Of a DNA stretch of 64,000 nucleotides, positions 39,851 to 53,930 are shown in pieces; the first letter of the stretch is position 1, and every line of letters begins with the position of its first letter. Origin of the DNA: the human T2T-CHM13v2.0 reference genome, Homo sapiens; assembly GCF_009914755.1 (NCBI RefSeq), contig NC_060932.1; one strand, 5' to 3'. Both the position numbers and the translations under genes were made by a program. Under the pieces are notes generated by a model. That model made no database searches and was not told where the DNA came from. It saw only the letters and a list, made by a program, of their open reading frames with translations.

Positions 39851-41740
39851 GTGAGGAAAGAAAACCACAATTTTCATGTATAATAAATATGATATCTTCC
39901 CTCATCTCTGAACCCCTTCCTAGATTTCAATGACTTTCTCTTCTCTCCTCCCTAGTTTCCTCCCATTTTCCTTCTATTTTGGAAAATCAGGATTTTCCAG
40001 ATCTGGTCTGTTACTTATTTAAAGCTCTCCTTTGATGTTAGGTAAGAGGATGTTGGGAAGGGGAAACCCAGGACGGAGATCTGAGGGAACTTACCCAGGG
40101 CAGGGGGAAATTCCCTGTTCCATTCTGCTCCGGGGCAGATGCACAATCCAGGCATGAGTCTCCAGAAGCCCTTTCCTTCCTTAAAAGCACCTCTATTATT
40201 GCACTGTTTGTACTCTCCTCCTTTCTAATACTGATGCTGGTAAAGCTGTTTAAGCAAAAGGTCAGTAACATAAAACTTAAATCTTAAATATATATTTCAT
40301 AAGTTAATGGGATCCTGAGTTCCAACGTAGAGGATGGAAACATTTTGTCAAGCATTGAAGGTAGTATATAAATGAACATTTCTTTATTTGGAAGTGTAGT
40401 CTCTGGGGCCAAATGCCTTCTGCTCAAGGATGGTAGAATATTGCAAAATGTTCTCAAGTACAGCCAAGGTCCAAATATGCTTTAAGCAACCAGTAGATTT
40501 TAAAAAATCTATTTTTCTGGTTTTAGCTTTCACCCTTTTGTTCTGAAAGTGGTCACTGCACTGCAGATTGGTGCTCCCTTATTAGTAATTCATGCTGTTT
40601 CTCCAGGCTATAGGGTAGAAGAATTGCAGCTGCCTAAAATTTTAAGTAGAAAAAAGTGTTTTTCCAAAAAACAAAATTCAGAAATACATTGCCCCATGCC
40701 TGTCAGTTATTTAAATGTGTATTGCTTAAAGTGCATTTTTCTTAATCACTGAATTAATTTTCCTCTAAGATTGCAATCCAAGTTTTAACCTTTGATACGA
40801 TAAAATAAATGCTGTGAGGAACAATGAGAGCTTAGAGCTTCCAAATAATTTCTTGGGTGAATAAATGAATAATGCGAGGGCAAATGTTCAGAAAGAAAGT
40901 TTTGATTAGAAATAAAGTATTTGCTTAAAACCGTTACTGAAGTTTCCTTAGAGTATAGGAAACTTTAGATTATTCCTGGGGTGTCATGGGGGCATTGAAA
41001 ATTAAAGTTTTCCTTGTCCCTGCAAATGGGAGAATCCATTTGAGAATAGCACTATTTTTTACCTAATAGAAAACTTCTCCCTTCCCATTTTCCCATTAGA
41101 AACCCTGTTAAAACTTCAAACAGTGGAAATCTCATTAACTTTCCTCCTGAGCATCTGCAGACATTATGAGATAATTACAAGCCAGAGTGTGACAAAATGA
41201 AGTGAGTGATCCTGGGGAGAGGGACTTGGGAAGCGGTGTTCTAGAACCGTGGGTTCTAGAACTAAGTCTGTTATGTTCTTGGGTGTGATTTCCTCTTCTT
41301 CATCCAGAGCCTGGAAACTGTATCACATGGACTCCAAATTTTATTTTTAATAAAATTTTATTCTTAATAAAATTCTTAATAAAATAAATTCTTAATAAAA
41401 TTTAATAAATTTTGTTCTTAATAAAGAAATCCATGATCCTGGAATGTACTGAATACCTACTAAGATCCAGGCATCATGTTAGATGCTAGGGGTTGGAAGC
41501 TAAGATAAGTAACCTGTCCTAGCTCTCGCATCTACATACCAAGCTTTGTATTCTATTACAAACTCTTGAGGCCGGCACCAATTTATGCTTTTTCTTTGAA
41601 AATTTCCTACACACCTAAATGCACCTAAAGCAACATGAGTATATTCATCACTGCCTTTCCTGTGCTCTAGGCACCATGCTAGATGATATGGGTACACCAG
41701 AAACCAAGACATGATACCTTCTCTTAAGATATGAACAGTG

Positions 41741-42025
41741 GGCCAGGTGTGTTGCCTGCAATCCTAACACTTTGGGAGGCCAAGGCAGGTGGATCACTTG
41801 AGTCCAAGAGTTTGAGACCAGCCTGGGTGACATAAAGAGACCCCATCTCTACAAAAAATTAAAATAATTTTTTAAAAATTAGCCAGGTGTGGTGGTGCAC
41901 ACCTGTAGTCCCAGTTACTTGGACGTCTGAGGCAGGAGAATTGCTTAAGTCCAGACAGTTGAGCCTGCATGGGCCATGATCATGCCACTTCACTCCAGCC
42001 TGGACAACAGAGTGAGACCCCATCT

Positions 42026-42056
<31 letters not shown>
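41741..42056 (+). mobile_element. AluJ
   Basis: gagtccaagagtttgagaccagcctgggtgacataaagagacccc (J-type); long polyA. Confidence 0.9.

Positions 42057-42100
<44 letters not shown>
42057..42100. repeat. (AT)n microsatellite at the Alu tail
   Basis: About 22 uninterrupted AT units. Confidence 0.95.
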
Positions 42101-42106
<6 letters not shown>

Positions 42107-42876
42107 TGCCATCTACTCTACCTTGTTCCTTCATGAATACTGTGACAACCCCTCCCCACTCCAAAATAAGGCAGATATGTATATTTACCTCTACAAAATT
42201 AAAAAGAATAGTATGATGGTTAAGTAAGTGTTTTAAAGGTCTGCGTTATTACTGTTTTTTCAATATTTTTCCCCTAAGATCAAGCTAGTCTTAATACTTT
42301 TCTTCATGGCTAATCATCTCATTACTGTATTTACTAGCACTGCAGCACAGTGCTCAGAAGTTTCTAGATACTCTGGGAAACAGTGAAATGAATTTTCCCT
42401 AAATTCATCTGGGAGAGTGAAAACTAAATGAATTATTTAGAATTGCAGAATGGCATTTGTGAAAACCCAGTAATGCTAACCAGTCATAGAATATATTGAC
42501 CAATATACAGATATTATTTTTAAAGTCTTATTTCCCAGACATGGTTTAGTGGAAAGAAAGGCACTGGAGTCAATCTGATTATCTTCAGCATGTTGTTACA
42601 TCTGTTACACTTCAGTGTCTTCATTTGCAAAATGAGCCTTCATCACAGACCTCTTTTAAGAATTATGATAACCAATGTGAACTTTAAGCTGTACAGACAT
42701 CATCAATAGAAATTTTAACAAATTCTATTTTATCTTTTCCTTCTCTCCCTATCTAAGTCTGTTAAGTAACAATTTTGAGAATAAGTTATCAAAATGACTC
42801 TGTTGCAAGCCATCATTATTTTTCTTTCTATGCCTTAAACTTATCATTTATGTTACCTAACAGGAAAATGAAATGT

Positions 42877-42918
<42 letters not shown>

Positions 42919-43075
42919 TCCCCCTCCTTCCCTCCCTCTCTCTCTCTCCCCCCTCCTTCCCTCCCTCCCTCCATCTCTCTCTCCCTCTCCCTCTCTCTCT
43001 CTCTCTCCCCCCACCCCTTCTCTCTCTCTCTCCCTCTCTCCCTTTCTCTCTCTTTTTTTCTCCCTCTTCCCCCAT
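42877..43075. repeat. (CT)n / (CCCT)n polypyrimidine low-complexity tract
   Basis: ~190 bp of almost pure C/T. Confidence 0.95.
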
Positions 43076-43779
43076 CTTGGTGGTTTCTTTAAACAATTTA
43101 TGTGAAATTCTGACCTCTAGTGGTCTCCCTTGAAAATAACAGCGATAAAATATGTACAGCTATTATGTATTCATAAAAAATTTAAAAGAAAAATAAATGG
43201 ACACAAAGCAAAAGAGAGACAAGTTTTAAACAAAACATGTTAAAAAATGATTTTAACCAATAAATGTGGATGATGCTTTACAATTTTCAAGGACCTTTAA
43301 AATCATTGTCTTGTTTAATTTCCACAATTTCCCTATGTGGTACCAATTTCTTTAAACTTAGACCTAAGGAAACAATTCCAGCGGGGCCAAGGGAAGTGCC
43401 CGAGTTCTTTCAGCAGGTGGAATCTTGCAACTTGAACTTGACCCTGGGCCTTCTGGCTCCAAGTCCAGTGTCATTTCATGACATCCACTAGTTTATACTA
43501 GTTATATATCAGGTTAGAAAATACAGTCCCCCAGTCACATTTTGGTGATTAAAAAAATGTACAGGGCAAAGTCAAAGAACATGACATCACGAAACCTCAC
43601 AGCCCGGCATTGTCTTGGGTACTAAAATATGCTGAAAATGATGGCATATCTCCTCTTTGATAATCAACTTCATTACTTCATTAATTTGTTTGGAAATAAT
43701 GTTATTTTACCCTATTGCTTATTTTGATGTTTGCTAGCTTTTTAGTAGGGCCTTTTCAATGACATTTTTGTGTGTGTGA

Positions 43780-44245
43780 CCTACAAGGTCTTGTTTCCAA
43801 CTGGCTTCTCTCAGCTTCTCCCATATCATTTCAAACTGCTCTTTTCACTTTTGCTTTTCAATGGGCATGCTGGTCTTGGCTCTCCTTCCTGACTCAGGAC
43901 GTTGGCTCTTGATGGCTCCTCTGCCTGGCCCACACTTACCCAGATCTTCCCAAGGATAGTTCCTTCTCCTCATGGAGGTCTTAGCTCAAATGCCATCTGT
44001 GCAGCAAGGCCATGCCTACCTACCCCTGTACTCTTTGTCATAGTTCCCATGGTGTTTTATTTTCACAGGCTTATTACTAAGTGAAAATATCTTGTGTATT
44101 GATGCATGTAGAATCAGTCCTGGAGTGCAAGCTTCCCGAATGGACAAGGATACCAGTCCTTCTTGCTGAGCATGGTTTTCTAAACCTAGAAGAGCTCCCG
44201 ACACATAGTGGGTGCTCAATACATATTTTTGATTAAATGAATCTA
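43780..44245 (+). mobile_element. L2 3' portion
   Basis: ggtcttagctcaaatgccatct...gacacatagtgggtgctcaatacatatttttgattaaatgaat. Confidence 0.8.
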
Positions 44246-44700
44246 CCCAAATTTTCCATGAAAGACCCCCAACATTTTAATTTGAGGTATTAATCTATTA
44301 ACACAACTATTTCAAAATATCCTCTAAGTATGTCCTGAAGTTGCTAAAAACCGTTGCACATGCTCCCAAAAAAGGACTACTCCTGGGGGCCATGGCCATT
44401 GTGCCACTTCTCCAACAACCTAAGAACCTCCCTGCCAGGGGCCACTGCTTTTCTCCTAATTACAACAGTGCCTCTGCTTCCCAGGTGCCTCTGTCTCTGC
44501 CTAGCCACTAACACACTGCTGCCTCCTTCACTAAGGAAGCCTTTCTGACGCTTCTGAGGACACTGTGATTCCCATGGGTAACCATCATGACTCCTCCACA
44601 CATGTGGTCTGTGATCAAACCACAAGGCAGAGCAAAGCTCTTTCCCTTTCAGCATGACTCTAATCACCACATCCAATGGGGTGACAGGAGCAAGATTGCT

Positions 44701-44757
44701 AGCACACATTGAGTAGCTGAGCACACATTGAGTAGCTGAGCACACACTGAGTAGCTG
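44701..44757. repeat. 3 x 19-bp tandem repeat
   Basis: agcacaca(t/c)tgagtagctg x3. Confidence 0.95.
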
Positions 44758-44806
44758 CCATTCACCCAGCACTGTGTGAGTGCTTGACAACCATGTTTAA
44801 ATTTAA

Positions 44807-44910
44807 TTATTTCAATGGACTTTGAGCAAAAAGGTTTTATTATCTCAGTGAACTTTGAGGAAAAATACTTTATTATCTCAATGGACTTTTGAGAAAAAAA
44901 GACTTTATCA
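44807..44910. repeat. 3 x ~33-bp degenerate tandem repeat
   Basis: ttat(t/c)tca(a/g)tg(g/a)actttgag-aaaaa...ttta x3. Confidence 0.85.
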
Positions 44911-46321
44911 TTCCCATTGAACAGATGAAGGAATTGAGGTAAGAATTATTAAGTCACTAGCTCAAGGCCACAGAGCCAGAAGAGGAAATTAAAACCCAGT
45001 TAAGTTCTAGTTGGGCCCTATGTTCCAATCAACCTGCTAAAACCACTAGCAAGCCAGAGAGGCCCCTACACAGTGTTGATGGCACCTCAGTGTTTTATGG
45101 GGCCAGAGGAAATGTCTACTTCAGTCTCTTTACTTAAAGCCCCCTTGGTCCCTGTGGAACTCCAGAGCACACACCTGAGTGTCAGACAATACAAGCTCTG
45201 CCCGGTTGCTGCTCCACTCTGATGAGAGAGGCTATGCCATGAGTAAAGCCTTACAGCACTCACCCCTATCCTCTGGGATAATTCCTTTCTCAGAAGACCT
45301 CTTAGCAACTGAAAAATAGATTTCTATTTGGCCATCCACTATTTTACTGGACATGGCTCTGGATCCCAGCAATTGACACAACTTGAATTATTTCCCAAGA
45401 TACTTCTCAGCCCCCAACACAAATAGGACATTTTGTGACTTCCCCAAACGGATAGACAGATATGCCCAGGAAAGTCCAGATATTTTTCATACTCAAACTG
45501 GAAGTCTTACTACCTGTAAGGTCACCCTCAGGGATAATTTGGTTTAACTCCAGTTACTTTTACTTTTTGTGAAAACTGAGGCCCAGAGAGGTAAAATAAC
45601 TTGTTCTAGGTCATGCAGCTGCTAATAGGCAGCAGGACTAGAACTAGAAATCAGATTCCAGATTTTTGGAGCAGGCATTGTTCCATTCTTCCATGTTACA
45701 TCATTTTCCTCACCTTATATCTTTCTCATTAAGCATAAAATGATTAGTTGGTTTTATAAGTTAACATTAGAAAAGGAGTTCATGAGATCAATGTATAAAC
45801 ATGACACAGAACTATTCTAGCTCAGTCACCTTGATGCAAGTTAAGTTGCTGATTCTTTTCTGGTAACTATCAGAAAGGGTAAACAACTAGGTGTTTTCCC
45901 AAAACTTTTTATTAATTGTATTAATTCACTAGATTCTTTCATTATGTGTTTTAATATGTATTTTATGCATAAGGACAGACCAATATTTTCAGTGGTTTGT
46001 TTTTTTTTAACTTTTATATTTCAGTGTATCGATACTTAGAACAATTTTTCATCTCTCTTTTCCTTTAGGTAGATACTAAGAAGGCATTTCAAGTTTAGGT
46101 CATGAAAGGAAGAATAAAATTCCAGTCAATAAAAGTGTAGGTAAAGATGAATCAGGAAGTAGTACTAAATGGTAATGATAAAAAATGATTTGTTTCATTT
46201 TAGTATGAATTTAATAAGCCATGTCTCTCTCCAACTCTCTTACATAATAATTTGGATATGTATTAATCACTAGTAGAGATCATAGTAATATGCATTTATA
46301 TGTATGTGAAGATCATGGGCT

Positions 46322-46459
46322 TTTATATGTATATATCATAGACTTTTATATATGTATATATGTGTATATATAAAACGTACATATATACACATATATACAC
46401 ATATACACATATATATACACGTATATATATACACACATATATATACGTGTATATATATA
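46322..46459. repeat. Compound (TA)/(TATACACA) microsatellite within a MIR
   Basis: atatatacacatatatacacatatacac... Confidence 0.9.
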
Positions 46460-46530
46460 GTTTTGAATCTGAGCTCTGCCACTTACCTAGCTATACGATC
46501 TTAAGCTTAAATGTCTTCATCCATAAAATG

Positions 46531-46890
46531 GCCAAAACACTGAACTCATGGAGATAGAGAATAGAAAGATGATTAACAGAGGCTAGGAAGGGGAGTGGGG
46601 GGACCTAGAGACAATTAATGGGTACAAAAATAATAGAAAGAATGAATAAGACCTAATATTTGATAGGACAACAGGGGAACTATAGCCAGTAATAAATTAA
46701 TTGTACATTTGTAAATAACTAAAAGAGTATAATTACATTGTAACACAAAGGATAAATGCTTGAGTATACCCAGTTTTCCATGATGTCATTGTTACACATT
46801 GCATGCCTGTACCAAAATATCTCATGCACCCCATAAATGTATACACCTACTATGCACCCACAAAAATTAAAAATTAAAAAAATTTAAAAA
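46531..46890 (+). mobile_element. L1MA 3' end inserted in a MIR
   Basis: gaactcatggagatagagaatagaaag...cctactatgcacccacaaaaattaaaaatt; flanks taaaatgg / tacaatgg. Confidence 0.88.
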
Positions 46891-48298
46891 TACAATGGAG
46901 ATCATATTGCCCACCTCAAATGCTTATTTTGAAAATTGAGACATGTCTAGTATATAGCTTACCTATCATTTCTTTCACTAGTCTCCACTACTGTTTGTTA
47001 CCAACAGCTCTCTCCCCCATTCCTAAAGAAAGGCTCATAGATTGTGAAGTCAGCTCCCCAAATAGAAACATACCAGGGAAAGACTGCTCCTTTCTCCTAC
47101 TTATCACAATTTTCTGCCTGTTTTCAGTCTTACTCCAAAGTCAACTTTTATTTGTCAAGAGCTCACAAACTTGAGACCACCTCTTCTCTTCGCTGATATT
47201 GCTTCCTTTCTGTAGCTCTCCAACTGAGCCTGGCGTTCCTTATTAGTAAAATGGAAATAACAGTGGTAAATACGCCTAGGGTTGTCATGGGGATTGCATG
47301 AGTGAAAACACAGAAAACTGAACCTCAGATTTCTCATCAGTAACATGAGGATGATAATAGTGTGACTTCTTCATAGGGATGTGGTGAGGAAAAATGAGTT
47401 AAGCCGCGTAAAGCTCTTAGCACTTGAAGTAGTCTCAGGGGCTCTGTAAATAAGAGCAAACCATGGGAGAGCAAAACCCAAGGGAGAATGAGATTGTGTT
47501 TCCTGTTTATCGTTCTTCCTTCTTCCTTTAAGAAACTTTTCCTTTAGCTACTGTCTATGCCATACAGGCAGGCTATTCTACTGGCCTTGGGTCATTGATG
47601 ATATATAGGCCAGGCACAAATTCTCTCTTTCTCTCTTACGTCTCTTGCTTATATTTATAAAATTCTACTTGTAGAAACTTGGTAACTCTGTTAGCATGGA
47701 GTGGTTAGACTCTTCACATTTCTTCATGATATTTCAACCCATAACCAGTGTGTCTGTTTTTTTGCATTATGCATTGGATGTGCAATAGCCTATCATTTAA
47801 TACAATTCTTTAAATTATATTTTATAGCTTTCTCTGCTCTTTTAGAAAAGAATTGTACATATACACAGTAAAAATCTGACACTCAGAGATTCAAGTAAAG
47901 TAGCGCCTAACTAATGTGGGGTTTCTTTTCAAATTATTTACTGCTATTGTTCTTGATTCAACAGTTCTTGGAAGCATGAGTTTAGGTCTCTTGTGATCAC
48001 TGGAAGACACTTGTATCTGTTAAACAAATTATATGAACAGGAGTCATTCTTTAGAATTTACAAAGGTTAATCCATTATTCTATTTAGGCTCAACTGACAC
48101 CTATAAGGATCATCACTCTTATTTTAAGGAGAAGGAAACTAAAGCACACTGCTACTGCTCTTGCATGCGATTTGACCACACAGTTGTGAGTTATCTGAGG
48201 AGAAACCCTGTGCCCCGCATTCTACCTCCCTAACTATGAAGAGAGGACCCTAATCAACCCAACTGATGAGAGAAACTGAGCTCTGTTAAATGAGATGA

Positions 48299-48649
<351 letters not shown>

Positions 48650-48688
48650 AATCAGCCATATCTTAATAAGACAGGATAGATGTGCTGA

Positions 48689-49001
<313 letters not shown>

Positions 49002-50263
49002 AACACAAAATTCTTTAAACAGATAACTCTTATTATTATCTGCATTCAAGAGCTTATAGATTTTGAAGGTCATTTATTTGATGCTGCCCAGGGATAAGTG
49101 TATGTGCAAGACATTGTAGCATTGAGTGCAGTCAAAAATAGTTTTGATAGTGTGGTTCTGCCTGGCCTGAAATGAAACAGGATTTAGAAAAAGATTTTGC
49201 CAGTCAGAGCCAAAAGTTGTGAAAAAGTCATCTTTCTCTCATCAGACCACATACTGGGTGACCAAACGACAGGACAACCAAAAGAAAGAGGCCCATATGT
49301 CCAATGGGAAGTTGAGGGATGCAGTGTGGCAGCAAGTGTGAAAATATACTCTAGACAAAAGTGAAAGCTCCCAAAGAAATGTGCGTGGGTTGGGGGGACT
49401 TTGATACACCATAAAGGAAAGTCTCTGGAACCAATTTATCAGTGTCACCCTAGCACCATGCTTCACTTGAATGGCAAAGCTGGACAATGTCACCAATGAT
49501 TCTGGGGCAAAGCCAGTGCTAGACCACAGCCACAGACCAAATACTCTGAAATAAAGCTCACATAAAATGTACAAAGGCAAGGGATATGACCTGCTTTCCT
49601 CAATTGGAGCACACTTAAGATGACATTTTACTTTTCCAATTAAAATGAGCTCGAAATTTTGATTAGCCTGGGTAGAGAATGATTTTTTTTTTTTTTTTTT
49701 TTTTTTGCCTCTCCATGATTTGGGAGACAATACCATGTTGGTATTATTCTAATGTGGCCTAGCCACACCAATGTTAAATTTTTTTCTGCTCCCTCTTTTT
49801 GATTCTGTAATATTTTAACTCTGAACAGAAGAGTGTATGCAAAACTAAAATGTCCAGCATTCTCAACTGCCAAGGTGTCCCAGCATCTGCCCACAGGGCT
49901 TTATTAATGGGAAGATAATCTCCTAAAATGGGTCATATCATTACCTCTTCTATATCCTTTCTGGTCTTAATTTTAGAAATGTAGAAAAATGACTGGGCAG
50001 TGGAGAGGGTAGAGCATGGAATTCTATAGCATCAAAAAACACCACCAGTGCAACAAAGTTATTGACTCAGTTTTCTGGTTAGTAAAGACTCTGAGTCTTA
50101 GAGCAAAGGATGTTCAATGGAGGAGGAACTAACTAAGTGTTATCCTGCCCCCTTTTCAGTGGATAGGATTGACATTTTAATAAGGTAGAACACAGAATTA
50201 TTCTTTTTTTTATTTTAGCACCAATGGCTTCCACATAAATAATAACTTATTATACTTGTCTGC

Positions 50264-50644
50264 TGCATTAATCCATTTTATGTTGCCATAATATGAAGGA
50301 ATACCTTAAACTGGGTAGTTTATAAAGAAGAGGTTTATTTTGTTCATGTTTCTGCAGACTGTACAAAAAGTTTGGTGCCACCATCTGCTTCTGGTGAGGG
50401 CCTCAGGAAATATACAATCATGGCAGAAGAGCAAAAGAAAGGACGATAGTGTCACACTCTTTCAAATAACCAGATCCTGTGTAAACTGAGAGTGAGAACC
50501 CACTCATTACCACAAGAGGAGCACCAAGTCATGCATGAGAGATCCTCCTACATGACCCAAACACAACCTACCAGGCCCCACCTCCAACAAGGGGGATTAC
50601 ATTTCAGCATGAGATTTGGAGAGGACACACATCAAACCATGTCA
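50264..50644 (-). mobile_element. MST (MSTB-like) MaLR solo LTR
   Basis: tgcattaatcc...catctgcttctggtgagggcctcaggaa...catcaaaccatgtca; perfect TSD tctgc. Confidence 0.9.
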
Positions 50645-51199
50645 TCTGCTAACCTAATTTTAATTGAACAGTGGGTTTTCTTTTCCACATAATTTTCATA
50701 GTTATTTTGCAGAAGTTGTGAGATTGTTTGTATCTGATCCAGTCAACCAAATGATAGTTTAAACCAGAGGAGCCAATGGAAGTCTTTGAGTAGAACAACA
50801 TTAGATTTGCTTCTTAGGCAGAGAAATCTCTTAGCAGGGTTGAAGATAGACTGAAGGATATGAGAAGGTCTTAGTGGGACATAAATGAAAGACAAGAGTT
50901 GAATTAGGGCTGTTGGAATAGAGAGAATGGGGTGCAATAGAGAGGTACTTCAGAAGTAAAATTGGGAGATTACGAGTTCTTAATTGTGTTTGAGTTACAT
51001 GTGAACATCAATGGAAAATTCCAGCAGGCAGTTGGAAATAGATATCATAAATATTTCTGAGGCATTATTTTTCTAGAAAAACTAATCACGTAGCCCATCA
51101 TCTTGACTTACAGTTTTTATATTTTGTCTCATTTAGTGATTGATGATTATCAAAGAGGATACTACAGTTCTCACAGATACCTGAGATGTTCATAGACTG

Positions 51200-51275
51200 A
51201 GATGTTGGTATACATAATAATACAGTTATCAAAGGTAATGGCAAAAACTGCAATTACTTTAACACCAACCTAATA
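51200..51275. mobile_element. MADE-type mariner MITE, left arm degenerate
   Basis: aatggcaaaaactgcaattactttaacaccaacctaata matches the MADE1 TIR; gttggtatacataataatacagtt is a decayed mirror arm. Confidence 0.75.
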
Positions 51276-51426
51276 ACTACATTTAATAACAATACTACAC
51301 TTTCTCCTTAAATTTGTTTCTAACTCACTTTGTACTGAAATGAGTTTGAGAGAGAATATTGTATGTTACATATACAGAGTGTTGTAAATGTTTAGATGCC
51401 AAAAGCATAAATCTGCTCTGGGAAAA

Positions 51427-51429
<3 letters not shown>

Positions 51430-51483
<54 letters not shown>
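51430..51483. repeat. (CA)n microsatellite
   Basis: About 26 perfect CA units. Confidence 0.97.
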
Positions 51484-51484
<1 letters not shown>

Positions 51485-51639
51485 AACCAGGATGTTGCAA
51501 ATCTGCATGACAGGGTAAGGTCTCATAAAGGCTTCCTTCCCCCTTGTCCTCTTCCTTGTACCTCTTTCATTTCTAGTGACTAGAAATTCCTCATGGCCCC
51601 TTGGATGCTACTGGCATAATGTAATAATGTAATATTCTG

Positions 51640-51875
51640 GAGCTCTCACTACCTTCTAAGCACTCTTCTAAGCTCTTCATGTGCATGACCACATTTACTG
51701 CTCACAGCAACCCTGTGAGGGAGGCACTTCATTATTCTGACTTGCTGATGAGCAAACTGAGGCTTAAAGAATTTAAATGGGTTGCTAAAGTCCCATACCC
51801 TTTCAGTGATGGAGCCTGGACTTGAACCAAGCGCTTTGATCCCAGATCCTATGCTCTTAACAACTGCATTGCATT
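51640..51875 (-). mobile_element. MIR (near full length)
   Basis: ctcacagcaaccctgtgagg...gagcaaactgaggcttaaag...gctcttaacaactgc. Confidence 0.85.
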
Positions 51876-53049
51876 GCAGAAGCATGCCACTTAGTCCTGA
51901 ATTGATGGGATTTCTCTTTGTTTTTGTTTCTATGGGCCTGACTGAGAATGCATTTTAATAATGAATGATATGTGAAGGCTGAAGGAAACCTGCCTAACAA
52001 AACTTAATGTTGCATTTTTCATTAAGTACAGTGTTAGTTCCCACCCTCCCACCCCCACCCACTTACTCAGACATGCAATGACTGCAAAATAATTGCAGGC
52101 TCCAAGTGATCGTTCTTTTTAAGCCAAATAAGCTTGAAAACGACAAAAAAAGATACTTTGTAATTCAGATAGGAGAGACTGTAGGATACTTGAAATCCCC
52201 AGTTGTTTTCTTTGCTAGGTTGCAGAGGAACTAGCTGAAGGGGAAATGAAGTTCATGGGTCCCTGGAATTGATAGGGCACAATTAAGGGGTGAGTTGAGA
52301 TAATAATCACACCCATCAATGACCTGGCTTGGACTCTAGTAAGCACCCCATAAATGTTAGTGATTATCCATATTGACATTGATATTTTTATTAGATAAAT
52401 TAATTTCCTTACATATTGTGTTTCCTTGCATTTGTTTAGCATGTTAATATTGAAAATGAAAACTATTCATTTTGTTTTCTCCTTCGATATTTTATCTTGT
52501 CATTTGGGGAGAAAGCAACACAGGATGAGTTAAAAGCCAAGTCTCCTGACTCCTGTGTCATTGATCTTTCCAAAGCCTTGCTTTGTTGGATGCCAGTTGT
52601 AACCTACTCATTTGAAAGACTGCGTTCAGTGTCTCCTCCCACCCCATCAAACTTCTGGGCATAGATCATATCTTGTCCAAGGTAATCCTGTATCGCTAGG
52701 ACACAACACAGCTTGGTAGCTAGTAGAAATGCAGTAAAAATTGGCCAACGAACAAACAAGTAAGAAAATTGTGAGTTTTTGGACAACAGTCAAGAGCAAA
52801 GTGTAGAATATCTGTTCTTATCACAAGGAACTTACACTTTAATTAAATATTTGACATTAATACAAACAGTTAAATAATATTGCATTATTTAAATAATACT
52901 CCAAGGCAACAATTAGAAAATAGTAACAAGGAACCAGATGGTGAATTATCAAGGATATAACTCCATCAATAAATTCAGAGAAATTAGAATTTAACTTGAG
53001 ACAGGACTTGTGGGTAGGATTTATAAAGAGATAAAGAGCCATAGTTCCA

Positions 53050-53930
53050 TTTACATCATTTATTATTTATGTTTTATGTTGCAAGAGGGTTCTGTGCTTG
53101 TTGTAACATGTAACCTATGTAAGGATGTATAAAATGAAGATGTAAAGAAAAAGCTAATGATATCTCTTTTTACCATCACCCTTCCCTCTCTGAACCCTCT
53201 TCTCCCCCGTAGACATCATTAATAGCTTAGTATTAATACTTTTCTCTAATTTATTCCTTCCTTCTCTAAATGATGTCATACATACACAAATATAATACTC
53301 CCTAAGAGACTTTCTATATGTAACATGGAGCTCACTCTATATCCAAGAGCTTTTGCTAACTCCTTATTTTTAGTATCAGTATAATATTGTATTTTGAATA
53401 TAATTTTAATCATGGTAATGTTACTGTAATCCTTTTATTTTTAATCGGTCCCATGATGATACATTTTGTTTGTTTACAGTTTTTGTTTTTGCCACTACAA
53501 ACATTCTTATTTATCCATTTGTTTTTACTGTTACTCCTATAAAATAGGTTGCCTAAGGCAAATTAGGGTATGCATGTTCTTTATTTTAATCATTATTGAC
53601 TATTATTTTCCAGAAATGTTGTAGCAATTTACATAGCCAAGAACAATGAATGATAACATTCAGCTATCTGCATTTACAGCATCTTTGGATGTGAATCTGA
53701 TGATGAAATATGATACAGACTTATACATACATATATTTCTCTAATAATCTGGACATTTTCATCTATTATTTATTGCTTATATTTTTAGATATTTTTATTT
53801 TATTGTCCTTTTTGCAAATCAATTTTCAAAAGCTCTTTGCATATTAAAAATATTACTAATTTTTTATGCCTTAGTGTTTTTCTCCCTTATCATTCGTTTA
53901 TAAACTTTGCGTATTTATATCTCTTTGAAT
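53050..53930 (-). mobile_element. Old L1ME-like remnant
   Basis: T-rich; ttccagaaatgttgtagcaatttacatagccaagaacaatgaatga; ctctttgcatattaa. Confidence 0.55.

Noticed and set aside
39851-39933. C-terminal part of the 76-aa ORF 39703-39933
   Set aside because: Read-through past the exon 1 donor into intron 1; the collagen frame continues in exon 2
41238-41262. Palindrome GTTCTAGAAC twice at 15-bp spacing, as a heat-shock element
   Set aside because: Only two alternating nGAAn units per copy and the copies are out of alternating register; more likely a small duplication
42775-43133. Ser/Leu/Pro- and Glu/Arg-rich ORFs (also 60519-60800)
   Set aside because: Artefacts of CT/GA low-complexity tracts
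44701-44910. Short direct-repeat arrays as possible CRISPR-like repeat-spacer structure
   Set aside because: Units are head-to-tail with no unique spacers; eukaryotic context with no cas genes
49242-49736. Longest ORF in the window (164 aa, minus strand)
   Set aside because: Starts through a polyA/T-derived Lys run, has no recognisable domain or exon structure; consistent with chance
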